This document shows positions 38,882 through 48,070 of a stretch of 64,000 nucleotides of DNA, piece after piece. Within the stretch, counting starts at the first letter, position 1; each line of letters opens with the position of its first letter. Under the pieces are notes generated by a model that searched no databases, was not told where the DNA came from, and saw only the letters and a program-made list of their open reading frames with translations. Made by a program: the position numbers and the translations under genes. Source of the DNA: Myxococcota bacterium (GTDB taxonomy: Bacteria > Myxococcota_A > UBA9160 > UBA6930); NCBI GenBank assembly GCA_965223415.1, contig OZ245002.1, positions 2,304,001 to 2,368,000 of the forward strand, given 5' to 3'.

Positions 38882-39619
38882 TTGGACCTGACGGATCGCA
38901 GGGTGCTCGTGGTCGGCGCGTCCTCCGGCATCGGGCGGGCCACGGCGATCCGCCTGGCACGGCACGGAGCCCGCGTGGCGCTCGCGGCCCGAAGGCTCGC
39001 GGCGCTGGAGAGCGCCGCGAAGGAGGCGGGCGAGGGGGCGCTCGCCGTGGCCTGCGACGTGCGCGACGAGGCGAGCTGCGAGGCCGCCGTGGCGAGTACG
39101 GCCGAGACCTTCGGCGGCCTCGACGCGTTGATCTACGCCACCGGCTGGGCGCGGCCCCGCCTGCTCGCCGAGACCGACGCGGCCAACTGGGCCATGTCCC
39201 TCGAGACCAACCTGGTCGGTGCCTCCCTGGTGACGAAGGCCGCGATTTCGCACCTGTCGGCGAGCGGCGGCCGGGCCGTCTACTTCTCCTCGATCTCCGC
39301 GGACGACGCCATGCCGCGGAGCGGCATGGCGCTCTACGTGGTGACGAAGGCGGCGCTCAATCGGCTGGTCGAGGCCTGGCAGGGCGAGCATCCCGAGGTG
39401 TCCTTCGTCCGCCTGCAGATCGGCGACACCCACGGGACCGAGTTCGGGAAGGGCTGGGCCCCCGAAGAGACCGCCCACATCCAGGACTGGGTCCTGAAGG
39501 GCTACCTCTTCGGGCGCTCCATGGAGCCCGAGGCCGTCGCGGAGCAGGCCGTCTGGGCGCTCGCGACCCGGGAAGCCCTTCCGGTGATGATCATCCAGCC
39601 CCGCCGCGCGTTGGAGTAA
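38882..39619 (+). CDS. SDR family oxidoreductase
   Basis: Motifs GASSGIG, CDV and YVVTK. Confidence 0.88.
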   Translation: MDLTDRRVLVVGASSGIGRATAIRLARHGARVALAARRLAALESAAKEAGEGALAVACDVRDEASCEAAVASTAETFGGLDALIYATGWARPRLLAETDAANWAMSLETNLVGASLVTKAAISHLSASGGRAVYFSSISADDAMPRSGMALYVVTKAALNRLVEAWQGEHPEVSFVRLQIGDTHGTEFGKGWAPEETAHIQDWVLKGYLFGRSMEPEAVAEQAVWALATREALPVMIIQPRRALE

Positions 39620-39643
39620 CCTGTCGGTCGAAGGAGTCCCCCC

Positions 39644-41032
39644 ATGCAGATGAACGACATGATCCTCGTCAGCGTCGACGACCACGTCTGCGAGCCCGCG
39701 AACATGTGGGACCAGCACCTGACCGGTGCCTGGAAGGAGCGCGCGCCGAAGCTCGTGCACAAGAGCGACGGCACCGACGTCTGGGTCTTCGAAGGCCAGC
39801 AGATCCCGAACGTCGGCCTGAACGCGGTGGCGGGCCGATCGCCCGACGAGTACGGGATGGAGCCGACGGCCATCGAGCAGCTTCGCGCCGGCTGCTACGA
39901 CCTCTCCGCCCGCATCGATGACATGAACGCGAACGGGATGCTCGGCTCGCTCTGCTTCCCCTCGGTGCCCGGCTTCACGGGTGAGCTCTTCGCAAAGCAG
40001 AAGGACAAGGAGCTGGCCCGTGTCATGGGCCAGGCCTACAACGATTGGCACATCGACGAGTGGTGCGGCGGCGCGCCGGGCCGCTTCATCCCCCTGGCGC
40101 TCCCGATGCTCTGGGATCCGAAGGTCACGGCCGACGAGATCCGGCGGGTCGCGGAGAAGGGCTGCTTCGCCATCACCTTCCCCGACAACCCGAAGGGCCT
40201 GGGCTATCCGAGCCTCCACGACGAGTACTGGGAGCCCATCTGGCAGGCCGCCTCCGAGACCGGCACGGTGCTGTGCATCCACATCGGCTCCGGCACCGGC
40301 ATGGCCCTGCAGGATCCCCGGGCGGCCGTGGAGATCATGATCACGAGCACGCCGATCACGCTCTTCAACTGCGCCACCGAGCTCGTCTTCTCCCAGTTCC
40401 TGCGCAGGTACCCGGATCTCCGCATTGCTCTCTCCGAGGGAGGCACCGGCTGGATTCCCTACTTCCTGGAGCGCGCCGACTACGTCTACGAGCACCACCA
40501 CCGCTGGACGCTCAACGACTTCGGGGACAAGCTGCCCTCGGACGTCTTCCGCGAGCACATCATCACCTGCTTCATCGACGACGAAGTGGGCGTGCGCAAC
40601 CGGGACCTGATCGGCATCGACAACATCACTTGGGAGTGCGACTACCCGCATTCGGACTCGACCTGGCCCAACTCGCCGGAGGTGTTGTGGCGGAGCGTCG
40701 AGGGCCTGCCCGACGCCGACATCGACAAGATCACCTACCAGAACACGATGGCGCACTTCCGCTACGACCCCTTCCAGCACGTCCCGAAGGAGGAGGCGAC
40801 GGTGGGTGCGCTCCGGGCGAAGGCCGGCCACGTGGACGTCGCGCCGCGCTCCGGCGGCGGCGGCAAGAAGCCCTCGGACTACGAGGCCGGCTTCTGCACC
40901 ATCGGCGACATCATGAAACAGATGGCGACGGCCTTCGCCGTGCCCTTCGACAACCAGGGCGGCGGCGCGGTGGACGAGGGCGACGCGATCGAGGAGATCA
41001 AGAAGCGTTGGGACCGCAGCGACCAAGCCTAG
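39644..41032 (+). CDS. Amidohydrolase family 2 protein
   Basis: Motifs SVDDHVCEP, AYNDW, HIGS, SEGG and WECDYPHSD. Confidence 0.9.
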   Translation: MQMNDMILVSVDDHVCEPANMWDQHLTGAWKERAPKLVHKSDGTDVWVFEGQQIPNVGLNAVAGRSPDEYGMEPTAIEQLRAGCYDLSARIDDMNANGMLGSLCFPSVPGFTGELFAKQKDKELARVMGQAYNDWHIDEWCGGAPGRFIPLALPMLWDPKVTADEIRRVAEKGCFAITFPDNPKGLGYPSLHDEYWEPIWQAASETGTVLCIHIGSGTGMALQDPRAAVEIMITSTPITLFNCATELVFSQFLRRYPDLRIALSEGGTGWIPYFLERADYVYEHHHRWTLNDFGDKLPSDVFREHIITCFIDDEVGVRNRDLIGIDNITWECDYPHSDSTWPNSPEVLWRSVEGLPDADIDKITYQNTMAHFRYDPFQHVPKEEATVGALRAKAGHVDVAPRSGGGGKKPSDYEAGFCTIGDIMKQMATAFAVPFDNQGGGAVDEGDAIEEIKKRWDRSDQA

Positions 41033-41053
41033 GTCTTTTCGGCGAGGAGTAGG

Positions 41054-42640
41054 ATGCGCATCGCGCTGCTCGCGGTGCCGATCCTGGCGGCGCTGATCGC
41101 ATGGCTCGGGAGTGCGGCCCTCGCACCGATCGAGCATGGCATCGATCGCGGCGGCTTCCGGGATCCGGCCAGGGCGGCGGAGCCGGTCGAGAGGCACGTG
41201 CGGCCCGGCTCGGGCGAGGCACCGCGCCCGAACCTCGTCGTGATCCTGGCGGACGACCTCGGCTACGGGGACCTCGGTGTGCAGGGAAGCGATGCCCTCG
41301 AGACGCCCCACGTCGACCGGCTCGCCTCCGAAGGCCTCCGGCTCCGGGAGTTCTACGCCAGCGCTCCGGTCTGCTCGCCCTCCCGCGCCGGGCTGTTGAC
41401 CGGGCGCTACCCGCTGCGCAGCGGCATCGTGGCGGCACTCCAAGCGGCGGACGACACGCTGATGCGTCGCCTCACCTACCGGGCCGGTATCGCCTTCGCG
41501 AAGCTGGGCGCGGTCGATCTGGCCGGGGGCGACAACGCGGTGCCGGGCCTTCCCCCTTCCGAGATCACGCTGGCGGAGGCTCTCCGCGTCGGCGGCTATC
41601 GGACGATGGCCGTCGGCAAGTGGCACCTGGGCGATTTCACGCAGCTCCCCGAGTACCACCCCCGTGAGCACGGCTTCGACCGCTTCGTCGGCTTCAACAT
41701 GTCCAACGACGACTGGCCCGTGGCCTTCTGGCGGGACGACGAAGAGGTGGTCGCGGACATCGGCCTCGACCAGGCGCACTACACCCACGTGTTCACCGAG
41801 GCGGCGGTCAGGTTCATCGAGGCATCGGCCGGCGAGCCCTTCTTCCTCTACCTGGCTCACAAGGACCCGCACCAGCCCTTCTTCCCCTCGGAGGCCTTCG
41901 CCGGGCACTCTGCCGGAGGGCCCTACGGCGACGCCGTCGCTGAGCTCGACTGGAGCGTGGGGCAGGTCGTCCAGGCACTGCAGCGCGTGGGGATTGCCCA
42001 AGACACCCTCGTGGTCGTGACCAGCGACAACGGTCCGTGGTTCGAGGGCAGTCCGGGCGGGCTGCGGGGACGCAAGGGGCAGAGCTACGAGGGGGGGTTC
42101 CGCGTTCCGTTCGTGGCGTGGTGGCCAGGCCGGATTCCGGCGGGAAGCGTGAGTGACGCGCCTGGGATGAACATCGACCTGTTTCCCACCTTCTTGGGCC
42201 TTGCGGGTCTGGAGGGGCCCGACGATCGCGTCATCGACGGGGAGGACCAGTGGGCGGTGTGGTCCGGTGCGGCGCAGGAGCCGGTCGAACGGGAGCTCTA
42301 CTTCTTCCACGACTACGACGTGGAGGCGATGCGCGCCGGCGACTTCAAGCTGATCGGCCGGAACAGTCACTACGTGTGGCCCGTGCCCCTCGACAAGAAG
42401 GACACGCCCGGTGGTCAGCTCCTGGCCGGGCGGGACTACCGGCCGACCGGCGGGGTCGAGGCGGTACCGACGCTGGGGACGTGGCCGCTCCTCTACCACC
42501 TCGGGCGCGACCGCGAGGAGGCCTACAACGTGGCCGCCTCCCACCCGGGACGGACGCGGGCGCTCGCCGAGCGCCTTGCCGCCTGGCGGGCCGCGTTCCG
42601 TGAGAACCCGCGTGGCTGGCTCCCGGACGACGCGCGCTAG
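41054..42640 (+). CDS. Sulfatase (Cys-type, exported or membrane-anchored)
   Basis: Motifs PNLVVILADDLGYGD, CSPSR, GKWHLG and SDNG. Hydrophobic N-terminus. Confidence 0.93.
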   Translation: MRIALLAVPILAALIAWLGSAALAPIEHGIDRGGFRDPARAAEPVERHVRPGSGEAPRPNLVVILADDLGYGDLGVQGSDALETPHVDRLASEGLRLREFYASAPVCSPSRAGLLTGRYPLRSGIVAALQAADDTLMRRLTYRAGIAFAKLGAVDLAGGDNAVPGLPPSEITLAEALRVGGYRTMAVGKWHLGDFTQLPEYHPREHGFDRFVGFNMSNDDWPVAFWRDDEEVVADIGLDQAHYTHVFTEAAVRFIEASAGEPFFLYLAHKDPHQPFFPSEAFAGHSAGGPYGDAVAELDWSVGQVVQALQRVGIAQDTLVVVTSDNGPWFEGSPGGLRGRKGQSYEGGFRVPFVAWWPGRIPAGSVSDAPGMNIDLFPTFLGLAGLEGPDDRVIDGEDQWAVWSGAAQEPVERELYFFHDYDVEAMRAGDFKLIGRNSHYVWPVPLDKKDTPGGQLLAGRDYRPTGGVEAVPTLGTWPLLYHLGRDREEAYNVAASHPGRTRALAERLAAWRAAFRENPRGWLPDDAR

Positions 42641-43200
42641 CAGCCGCAGTCGCCGCCTGCCTCTCGGTGCTCACGGGCCCGTCGCGAGAGCACGTGCCAC
42701 GCCACGGCACCCGCGACTAGCGTGCCCGCACCGATCCAACGAGGATCGTCGAGGCCGGCGGCCCATCCCGCCAGGGCGGATCCGCCTGCCGCGACGATCG
42801 CGAGGGGGAGGACGCAGAGCGCCAAGAAGGAGCCGGCGAAGCCGAGGGCGCCGGCGCGGACGAAGCGGCGCAGGCGTCCTGAGCCCTGGGACGGGCTCGT
42901 GCCGGCGTTCGCGAAGGGGTCGATGCCCTCGACCTCCAATCGGAGGGCTTCGCCTCCGGGGAGGGCCCGCAGCTCCCACCCGAGGCCCGGGCAACACACC
43001 CGCTCGAAGCGCACGAGCGCCTCGAGCTCGGCGCGCAGCCCGGGATCGGCCGGGAACTCCCATGCGCGGCCGTTCGCGAGGGCCTCGGAGCGGAGGGCGA
43101 GGGGCAGGAGCTCGCGCCGGATCGCGTCGACGCGGGCTTCGCGCTCCTCGTCGGGCAGGCGGCAGATCTCTTCCAGGCTGGCGGGGTCTTCCCTGGTCAT
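42637..43200 (-). CDS. Hypothetical Cys-motif protein with a soluble N-domain and C-terminal TM helices
   Basis: ATG at 43200 in an ATGA overlap. Motifs ICRL, ERVCC, ALCVL and terminal DCGC. Confidence 0.75.
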   Translation of the reverse strand: MTREDPASLEEICRLPDEEREARVDAIRRELLPLALRSEALANGRAWEFPADPGLRAELEALVRFERVCCPGLGWELRALPGGEALRLEVEGIDPFANAGTSPSQGSGRLRRFVRAGALGFAGSFLALCVLPLAIVAAGGSALAGWAAGLDDPRWIGAGTLVAGAVAWHVLSRRAREHREAGGDCGC

Positions 43201-43409
43201 GCGCGAATCCTCGGTGCGGTGCGCCGGGCGGCGAGCCCGGCCCACAGGGTCTCCATGACGGCGAACGGCCACGAGCCGATCAGGACGGCGTAGCCCGCGG
43301 ACGCCAGGCATGCGGCGCCGAACGCCCAGCCGAAGGCCGGTCGGCGTTCCTCGAGGGCGTAGGTGAGCGCCATGGCGCCCACCGCGACAGTCCCGAACAG
43401 CTCGATCAC
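43197..43409 (-). CDS. Small (70 aa) membrane protein
   Basis: Three short hydrophobic segments, IGSWPFAVMETLW, directly behind the MerR-type promoter. Confidence 0.75.
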   Translation of the reverse strand: MIELFGTVAVGAMALTYALEERRPAFGWAFGAACLASAGYAVLIGSWPFAVMETLWAGLAARRTAPRIRA

Positions 43410-43416
43410 GGAGGGG

Positions 43417-43447
43417 AGTCTACGACTTGAAGCTCACTTCAAGTCAA
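43417..43447 (-). promoter_or_regulatory. MerR-family promoter and operator
   Basis: Minus strand reads TTGACT-N19-TAGACT. Perfect dyad GACTTGAAG-N4-CTTCAAGTC at 43424-43445. Confidence 0.9.
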
Positions 43448-43833
43448 GGGCGATCGCGCATGGCCCGAGAGCAGTCTTCGAGGGTCGGGCAGTCGCAGCG
43501 GGTCACCGCCTCGAGCACCCGCTTCATGGCCTCGATCTCCTCCGCCCGGCGTTCCAGCTCCTCGAGCTTGCGGTCGGCGAGGGATCGCCAGCGCTCCCCG
43601 GGCGGCGTCCTCCGGCCGAAGCCGCGGAGCAGGCCCTTGATCTCCGCGATGCGGAAGCCAGCGGCCTTGGCCACCTCGATCAGGGCGAGACGGTCGAGGA
43701 TCGACTCCTCGTAGACGCGGGCGCCACCGCGGCGGTCGGCGCGTGGGATCAGGCCCTCGCGCTCGTAGTAGCGCAGGGCCGAGGCAGCGACGCCGCTTCG
43801 CTTCGCCACCTCGCCGATGCGGAGTGCGGTCAT
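43444..43833 (-). CDS. MerR-family (SoxR-like) transcriptional regulator
   Basis: LRIGEVAKRSGVAASALRYYEREGLI HTH, AGFRIAEI and C-terminal CDCPTLEDC. Confidence 0.92.
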   Translation of the reverse strand: MTALRIGEVAKRSGVAASALRYYEREGLIPRADRRGGARVYEESILDRLALIEVAKAAGFRIAEIKGLLRGFGRRTPPGERWRSLADRKLEELERRAEEIEAMKRVLEAVTRCDCPTLEDCSRAMRDRP

Positions 43834-44651
43834 CCGAGCGCGTCGTCGGCCGCGTCCCAGACGTTGCGCGGCGTGTCCGCGCCGAACAGGCGGGCTGCCG
43901 CGCTCTGCTTGTCGATGTGGCCGATGAGTCCGTGGTAGATGCCGAAGCCGCACAGCTCCTGGAGCCGCGGCTCGAAGCTCGCGACCCGGTCGGCGGGAAG
44001 GCCGAGCTGCTGGTTCTCCTGCTGGCGGATCCAGCCGGCGCAGTAGTTCATGGCGATGCCGACGCGGCGCTGGTCCGTGGTGTTGGCGCCGCCGCCGTGC
44101 CAGAGACTGCCGTGCCACACGAGGACGCTGCCCTTGCGCATCTCCGCGGGGATCGACTCGAACTCGGCTCCGTAGGTGGGAGAGTGATCCGCGCGGTGGG
44201 AGCCAGGGACGATCCGGGTCGCACCGTTGGCCTCGGTGAAATCGGTAAGGGCCCACATCGAGTTGCACACCGTCGGCGGATGGGGTCTCGGGATCGGGTG
44301 CAGCTGGTCGTCGGCGTGGATCGGCTGGGCGCGCTCGCCCCGGCCGATCGCCACCGACGAGACGGACGAGATCAGACAGCCCGCGTCGAGAACGCCCTCG
44401 ACGATCGGGAGCACCGACGGATGGACTGGGACCTTCTGCCAGACCGGGCCGTGGGCCAGGAGGTTGTACACCCGAAGGGTCCGATGGCCCTCGAAGCGGT
44501 TCGTCGCGGGCTGGGTGCCGAGCTCGGCCTCGATCCGTTCGAGATCCCCCAGCAGCTCGTCGACCAGCGTCGGCTCGATCGCATCCTCGACGAGGCTGTA
44601 GCCGTCCTCCTCGATGCGCCGAAGGTGAGCCCTCGTCTCGTCCGGTTGCAC
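43830..44651 (-). CDS. Phytanoyl-CoA dioxygenase (PhyH) family Fe(II)/2OG enzyme
   Basis: Motifs QPIHADD, WALTDFTEANGAT, WHGGGAN and RQQEN. Confidence 0.9.
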   Translation of the reverse strand: MQPDETRAHLRRIEEDGYSLVEDAIEPTLVDELLGDLERIEAELGTQPATNRFEGHRTLRVYNLLAHGPVWQKVPVHPSVLPIVEGVLDAGCLISSVSSVAIGRGERAQPIHADDQLHPIPRPHPPTVCNSMWALTDFTEANGATRIVPGSHRADHSPTYGAEFESIPAEMRKGSVLVWHGSLWHGGGANTTDQRRVGIAMNYCAGWIRQQENQQLGLPADRVASFEPRLQELCGFGIYHGLIGHIDKQSAAARLFGADTPRNVWDAADDALG

Positions 44652-44656
44652 CCCGA

Positions 44657-44691
44657 CAACTTAACAGACGGAACCGGCCCCTTGCTTAACA
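44657..44691 (+). repeat. Dispersed repeat family A copy
   Basis: CAACTTAACAGACGGAACCGGCCCCTTGCTTAACA. It contains the Rieske gene stop codon. Confidence 0.85.
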
Positions 44692-45663
44692 CAGGTCGGG
44701 GTGGGTGCCGCGGGGGTCGCCTTCGACGTAGAACTGGGCGGCCCATCGGCGGAACTGGAGGATGGGGCCGTCGGCTCGGGAGAGGGCCGGGCGTTCCAGG
44801 TGGATCTTGTGATCGAAGATGACGATGTCCTGGTCTTCCTGGCGGCGGAGCTCGGCGACGAGGGCCTCGCCGACGCGTCGTGAGGCGCCGTCCCGGCGGA
44901 ACCGGTAGTGGAAGCTCACCTCGGTCTCTTCGAAGTCGATCGGCGTGTTGCAGGCGACGAAGCACGCGTCGAGGATGCCGCTGAAGCGGGCGAGGCTCAC
45001 GCCGGGGCCCCAGCTGTCGGTGTCGATGCGGCCGGGCTGGGGGCCGCGGGGGGTCACGAACTCCACCTTCGCCCGCAGGCGGCTCTCGTAGCCGTCGAGC
45101 TCGTAGGCCTCGAGCTCGGGTATCTCGGCGCTGCCGTGCAGCGTCCGCAGGTGGATGAAGTCCGCGCCGTTCTCCGCCATCTCCTGCCACGGCGCGCGCA
45201 CCACCCAGCTCGCACGGACGGGCTCACTCCAGCCGTCGTCGGCCACCTGCGCGATCTCGGGGATCTCCCACAGGGGTGGCTCGTCGCGCGGGTGGTACCA
45301 AGCGAGCACGAGACCGTTGCGGTCGATCGTCGGGTAGGCGTGGATCTTCGCAGCGGCGTTCCGGGTGCCGTCGTAGGGCACGAGGGTGTTCCGGCCTTGG
45401 CCGTCGAAGTGCCACCCGTGGAAGGGGCAGACGATCTCGCAGCCTTCGACTCGTCCGCCGTGGCCCAGGTGGGCTCCCAGGTGCGGGCAGTAGGCGTCCA
45501 TCACGTGGGCCGTGCCGTCCTCGCCGCGCCAGGCGACCAGCTCGCGGTTCAACAGGCGGAAGGGCTTCACCTCGCCCGGCTTCAGCTCTTCCGCGTCGCA
45601 CACCCGGTACCAGCCGAAGGGTAGGCAGCGGTAGAAGGGGAACCGCTCGAGGGAGCTGGGCAT
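44686..45663 (-). CDS. Rieske non-heme iron oxygenase (KshA / Neverland-like)
   Basis: Rieske motif CPHLGAHL...CPFHGW, mononuclear Fe motif ENGADFIHLRTLH and QDIVIFDHK. Confidence 0.9.
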   Translation of the reverse strand: MPSSLERFPFYRCLPFGWYRVCDAEELKPGEVKPFRLLNRELVAWRGEDGTAHVMDAYCPHLGAHLGHGGRVEGCEIVCPFHGWHFDGQGRNTLVPYDGTRNAAAKIHAYPTIDRNGLVLAWYHPRDEPPLWEIPEIAQVADDGWSEPVRASWVVRAPWQEMAENGADFIHLRTLHGSAEIPELEAYELDGYESRLRAKVEFVTPRGPQPGRIDTDSWGPGVSLARFSGILDACFVACNTPIDFEETEVSFHYRFRRDGASRRVGEALVAELRRQEDQDIVIFDHKIHLERPALSRADGPILQFRRWAAQFYVEGDPRGTHPDLC

Positions 45664-45726
45664 GGCGATCCACTCTAGAATCGCCACCCATTCGCGGGCA
45701 AGGGAGACCGCGGGCAAGGGAGATTC

Positions 45727-46819
45727 ATGGCCTTCGCGCTCTCACCGGAGCAGCACGAGCTCCGGGATACATTGCGCCGCTTCTTCTCCGACGTCTCTCC
45801 GCCGTCGGAGGTGCGGCGCTGGATGGAGACCGAGGCCGGCTTCGACCCGGTCCTGTGGCGGCGCATGGGGGACGAGCTGGGCCTTCATGACGCGGCCTCC
45901 CTGGGCTTCGAGGAGCTCGCCCTCGTCGCGCAGGAGCTGGGCCGCGCCCTCGTTCCCGGCCCCTACTTCGGGTGCGTGGTGCTCGCAGGACGTTGCCTGG
46001 CCCAGGCGGCGCAGAGCGACGAGCGGGACGCGCTGCTCGCGGCGATCGCCCGGGGCGAGATCGCGAGCGCCGCCTGGGCGGCGCCGGGGCGGAGCTGGGA
46101 TCCCGCCGAGATCGAGCTGCGACACTCGGCCGGGCGCCTGGACGGGACCGCGGGGTACGTGCTCGACGGCCACGTGGCTTCGCACCTCCTCTTCGTCGCC
46201 CGGGTCGCCGGCACCGACCGGCTCGGCCTCTACGCCGTTGACGAAGGGGCCCCGGGGGCTCGAGCGGCGGCGTCTCCGCACCCTCGATCGCACCCGGAGG
46301 CTGGCGCAGCTCTACCTCGCGTCCGTCCCGGCGCGGTGTCTCGACGACGACTTCGCCGCCGGCTTCGACCGGGCCCTGGTCGAGGCCAACGTGGCGCTCT
46401 GCGCCGAGAGCGTCGGCGGCTTCGAGGCGACGCTCGAGATGGCCCTGGCCCACGCCCGCGAGCGCGTGCAGTTCAGCCGGGTGATCGGCTCCTTCCAGGC
46501 GGTGAAGCACAAGCTCGCCGACCTCTGGATCCTCTTCGAAGGAGCGCGCACGGCGACCCGGGAGGCGGTGCTCGCCGTCACCGGCGGCGACCCGGAGGCG
46601 CCGCTCCTCGCCAGCGTCGCGCGCGCCTACGTCGGCGACGCGGCCCTCCGCGCCGCCTTCGACAACATCCAGGTCCACGGCGGCATCGGCTTCACCTGGG
46701 AGTACGACGCGCACCTCTACCTGCGCCGCGCCCAGCTCGCGGCCCGGCTGCTCGGTGATCCGGTCTTCCATCGCGAGCGGGTGGCGCGCCTGCTGGGCGA
46801 GATGGAAGGAGGCAGGTAG
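45727..46819 (+). pseudogene. Acyl-CoA dehydrogenase (short partner) with a 1-bp frameshift at the G5 run 46254-46258
   Basis: MAFALSPEQ...VDEGAPG is in one frame and LERRRLRTLD...RVQFSRVIGSFQAVKH...HGGIGFTWE in another. Removing one G joins them. Confidence 0.85.
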
Positions 46820-46821
46820 AC

Positions 46822-48042
46822 GTGCGGCGCGAGGACACCCCCGAGGAGGCGGCCTTCCGGGCCGAGGCGCGGGCCTGGCTGGAGGCGAACGCGCCGGCGG
46901 AGGGCTTCGCCCGCGCGGGCCACGCCCACACGCCCGAGGCGGAAGCCGCCTGGTTCGAGCGCTGTCGCGCCTGGCAGCGAACGCTCTTCGACGGGGGCTG
47001 GGCGGCCATCACGCTGCCGGAGAACGTGGGCGGCCGCGGCGGCACGCCCGCCCAGCAGCTGATCTTCGACGAGGAGCAGGCGGCCTTCGACGTCACCACC
47101 GGCTTCCTCCACTCGAGCCTCGCGCTGATCGTCCCCGCTCTCCTCACCTATGGAAGTGACGAGCAGAAGGAGCGCTTCCTCCGGCCGACCCTGCGCGGCG
47201 ACGTCACCTGGTGTCAGCTCTTCAGCGAGCCCGAGGCCGGCTCCGACCTGGCGGCGCTGCGTTGCCGCGCCGAGAGGGACGGCGACGAGCTGGTCGTGAA
47301 CGGCCAGAAGCTCTGGACCACCAGCGCCCAGTTCTGCGAGTGGGGCTTCCTGCTGGTGCGCAGCGATCCGGAGGTCCCCAAGCACCAGGGGATCAGCTTC
47401 GTCCTCGTCGACATGAAGAGCCCGGGCATCGAGGTGCGACCGCTGCCGACCATCACCGGCGGGCGCCACTTCAACGAGGTCTTCTTCAGCGACGTTCGCG
47501 TTCCCCTGGAGAACGTGGTGGGCGGGCTCGGCGGCGGCTGGGCGGTGGCGCGCCTGGTGCTCGCCCACGAATCGGTGTCGATCGGGACCAGCGCCGCGCG
47601 GAACGACGCCACCCTGGACCTGGTGCGTGTGGCCAAGGCGCGGGGCTCGTTCGAGGACCCGGTCGTTCGTCAAGGCCTGGCCGCGAGCTACATCGAGGAG
47701 CGGGTGCTCGGCTGGCTCGGCGATCGCATTCGCAACGCCGTCCTCGACGGCGAGCATCCGGACGTGGACGGCTCGGTGGTGAAGGTGCTCTGGGCCGAGA
47801 GCCGGGCTCGGAAGGGCGAGCTGGCCATGCAGGTGCTCGGCCCGGACGCGATGCTCGACGGCGATGACACCGAGGCCCGTGGCTTCTGGCAGAACCTCCT
47901 GCTCGACCGCTACATGGGCACGATCGGCGGCGGTACCGTCGAGGTGCACCGCAACGGCATCGGGGAGCGGGTCCTCGGCTTGCCCCGGGAGCCCCGGCCG
48001 GATCGCGAGGTGCCCTTCCGCGAGCTCAAGACTTCGCGGTAG
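46822..48042 (+). CDS. Acyl-CoA dehydrogenase (long partner)
   Basis: Motifs WCQLFSEPEAGSDLA, NGQKLWTT, FNEVFFSDVRVP and TIGGGTVEV. Confidence 0.92.
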   Translation: MRREDTPEEAAFRAEARAWLEANAPAEGFARAGHAHTPEAEAAWFERCRAWQRTLFDGGWAAITLPENVGGRGGTPAQQLIFDEEQAAFDVTTGFLHSSLALIVPALLTYGSDEQKERFLRPTLRGDVTWCQLFSEPEAGSDLAALRCRAERDGDELVVNGQKLWTTSAQFCEWGFLLVRSDPEVPKHQGISFVLVDMKSPGIEVRPLPTITGGRHFNEVFFSDVRVPLENVVGGLGGGWAVARLVLAHESVSIGTSAARNDATLDLVRVAKARGSFEDPVVRQGLAASYIEERVLGWLGDRIRNAVLDGEHPDVDGSVVKVLWAESRARKGELAMQVLGPDAMLDGDDTEARGFWQNLLLDRYMGTIGGGTVEVHRNGIGERVLGLPREPRPDREVPFRELKTSR

Positions 48043-48070
48043 CATCGCGCCCCCCGACGGAGGAGACACC

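Noticed and set aside
43444..43833. Naming the regulator soxR
   Set aside because: It lacks the first Cys of the CxxCxCx5C cluster motif, so orthology and function are unsupported.
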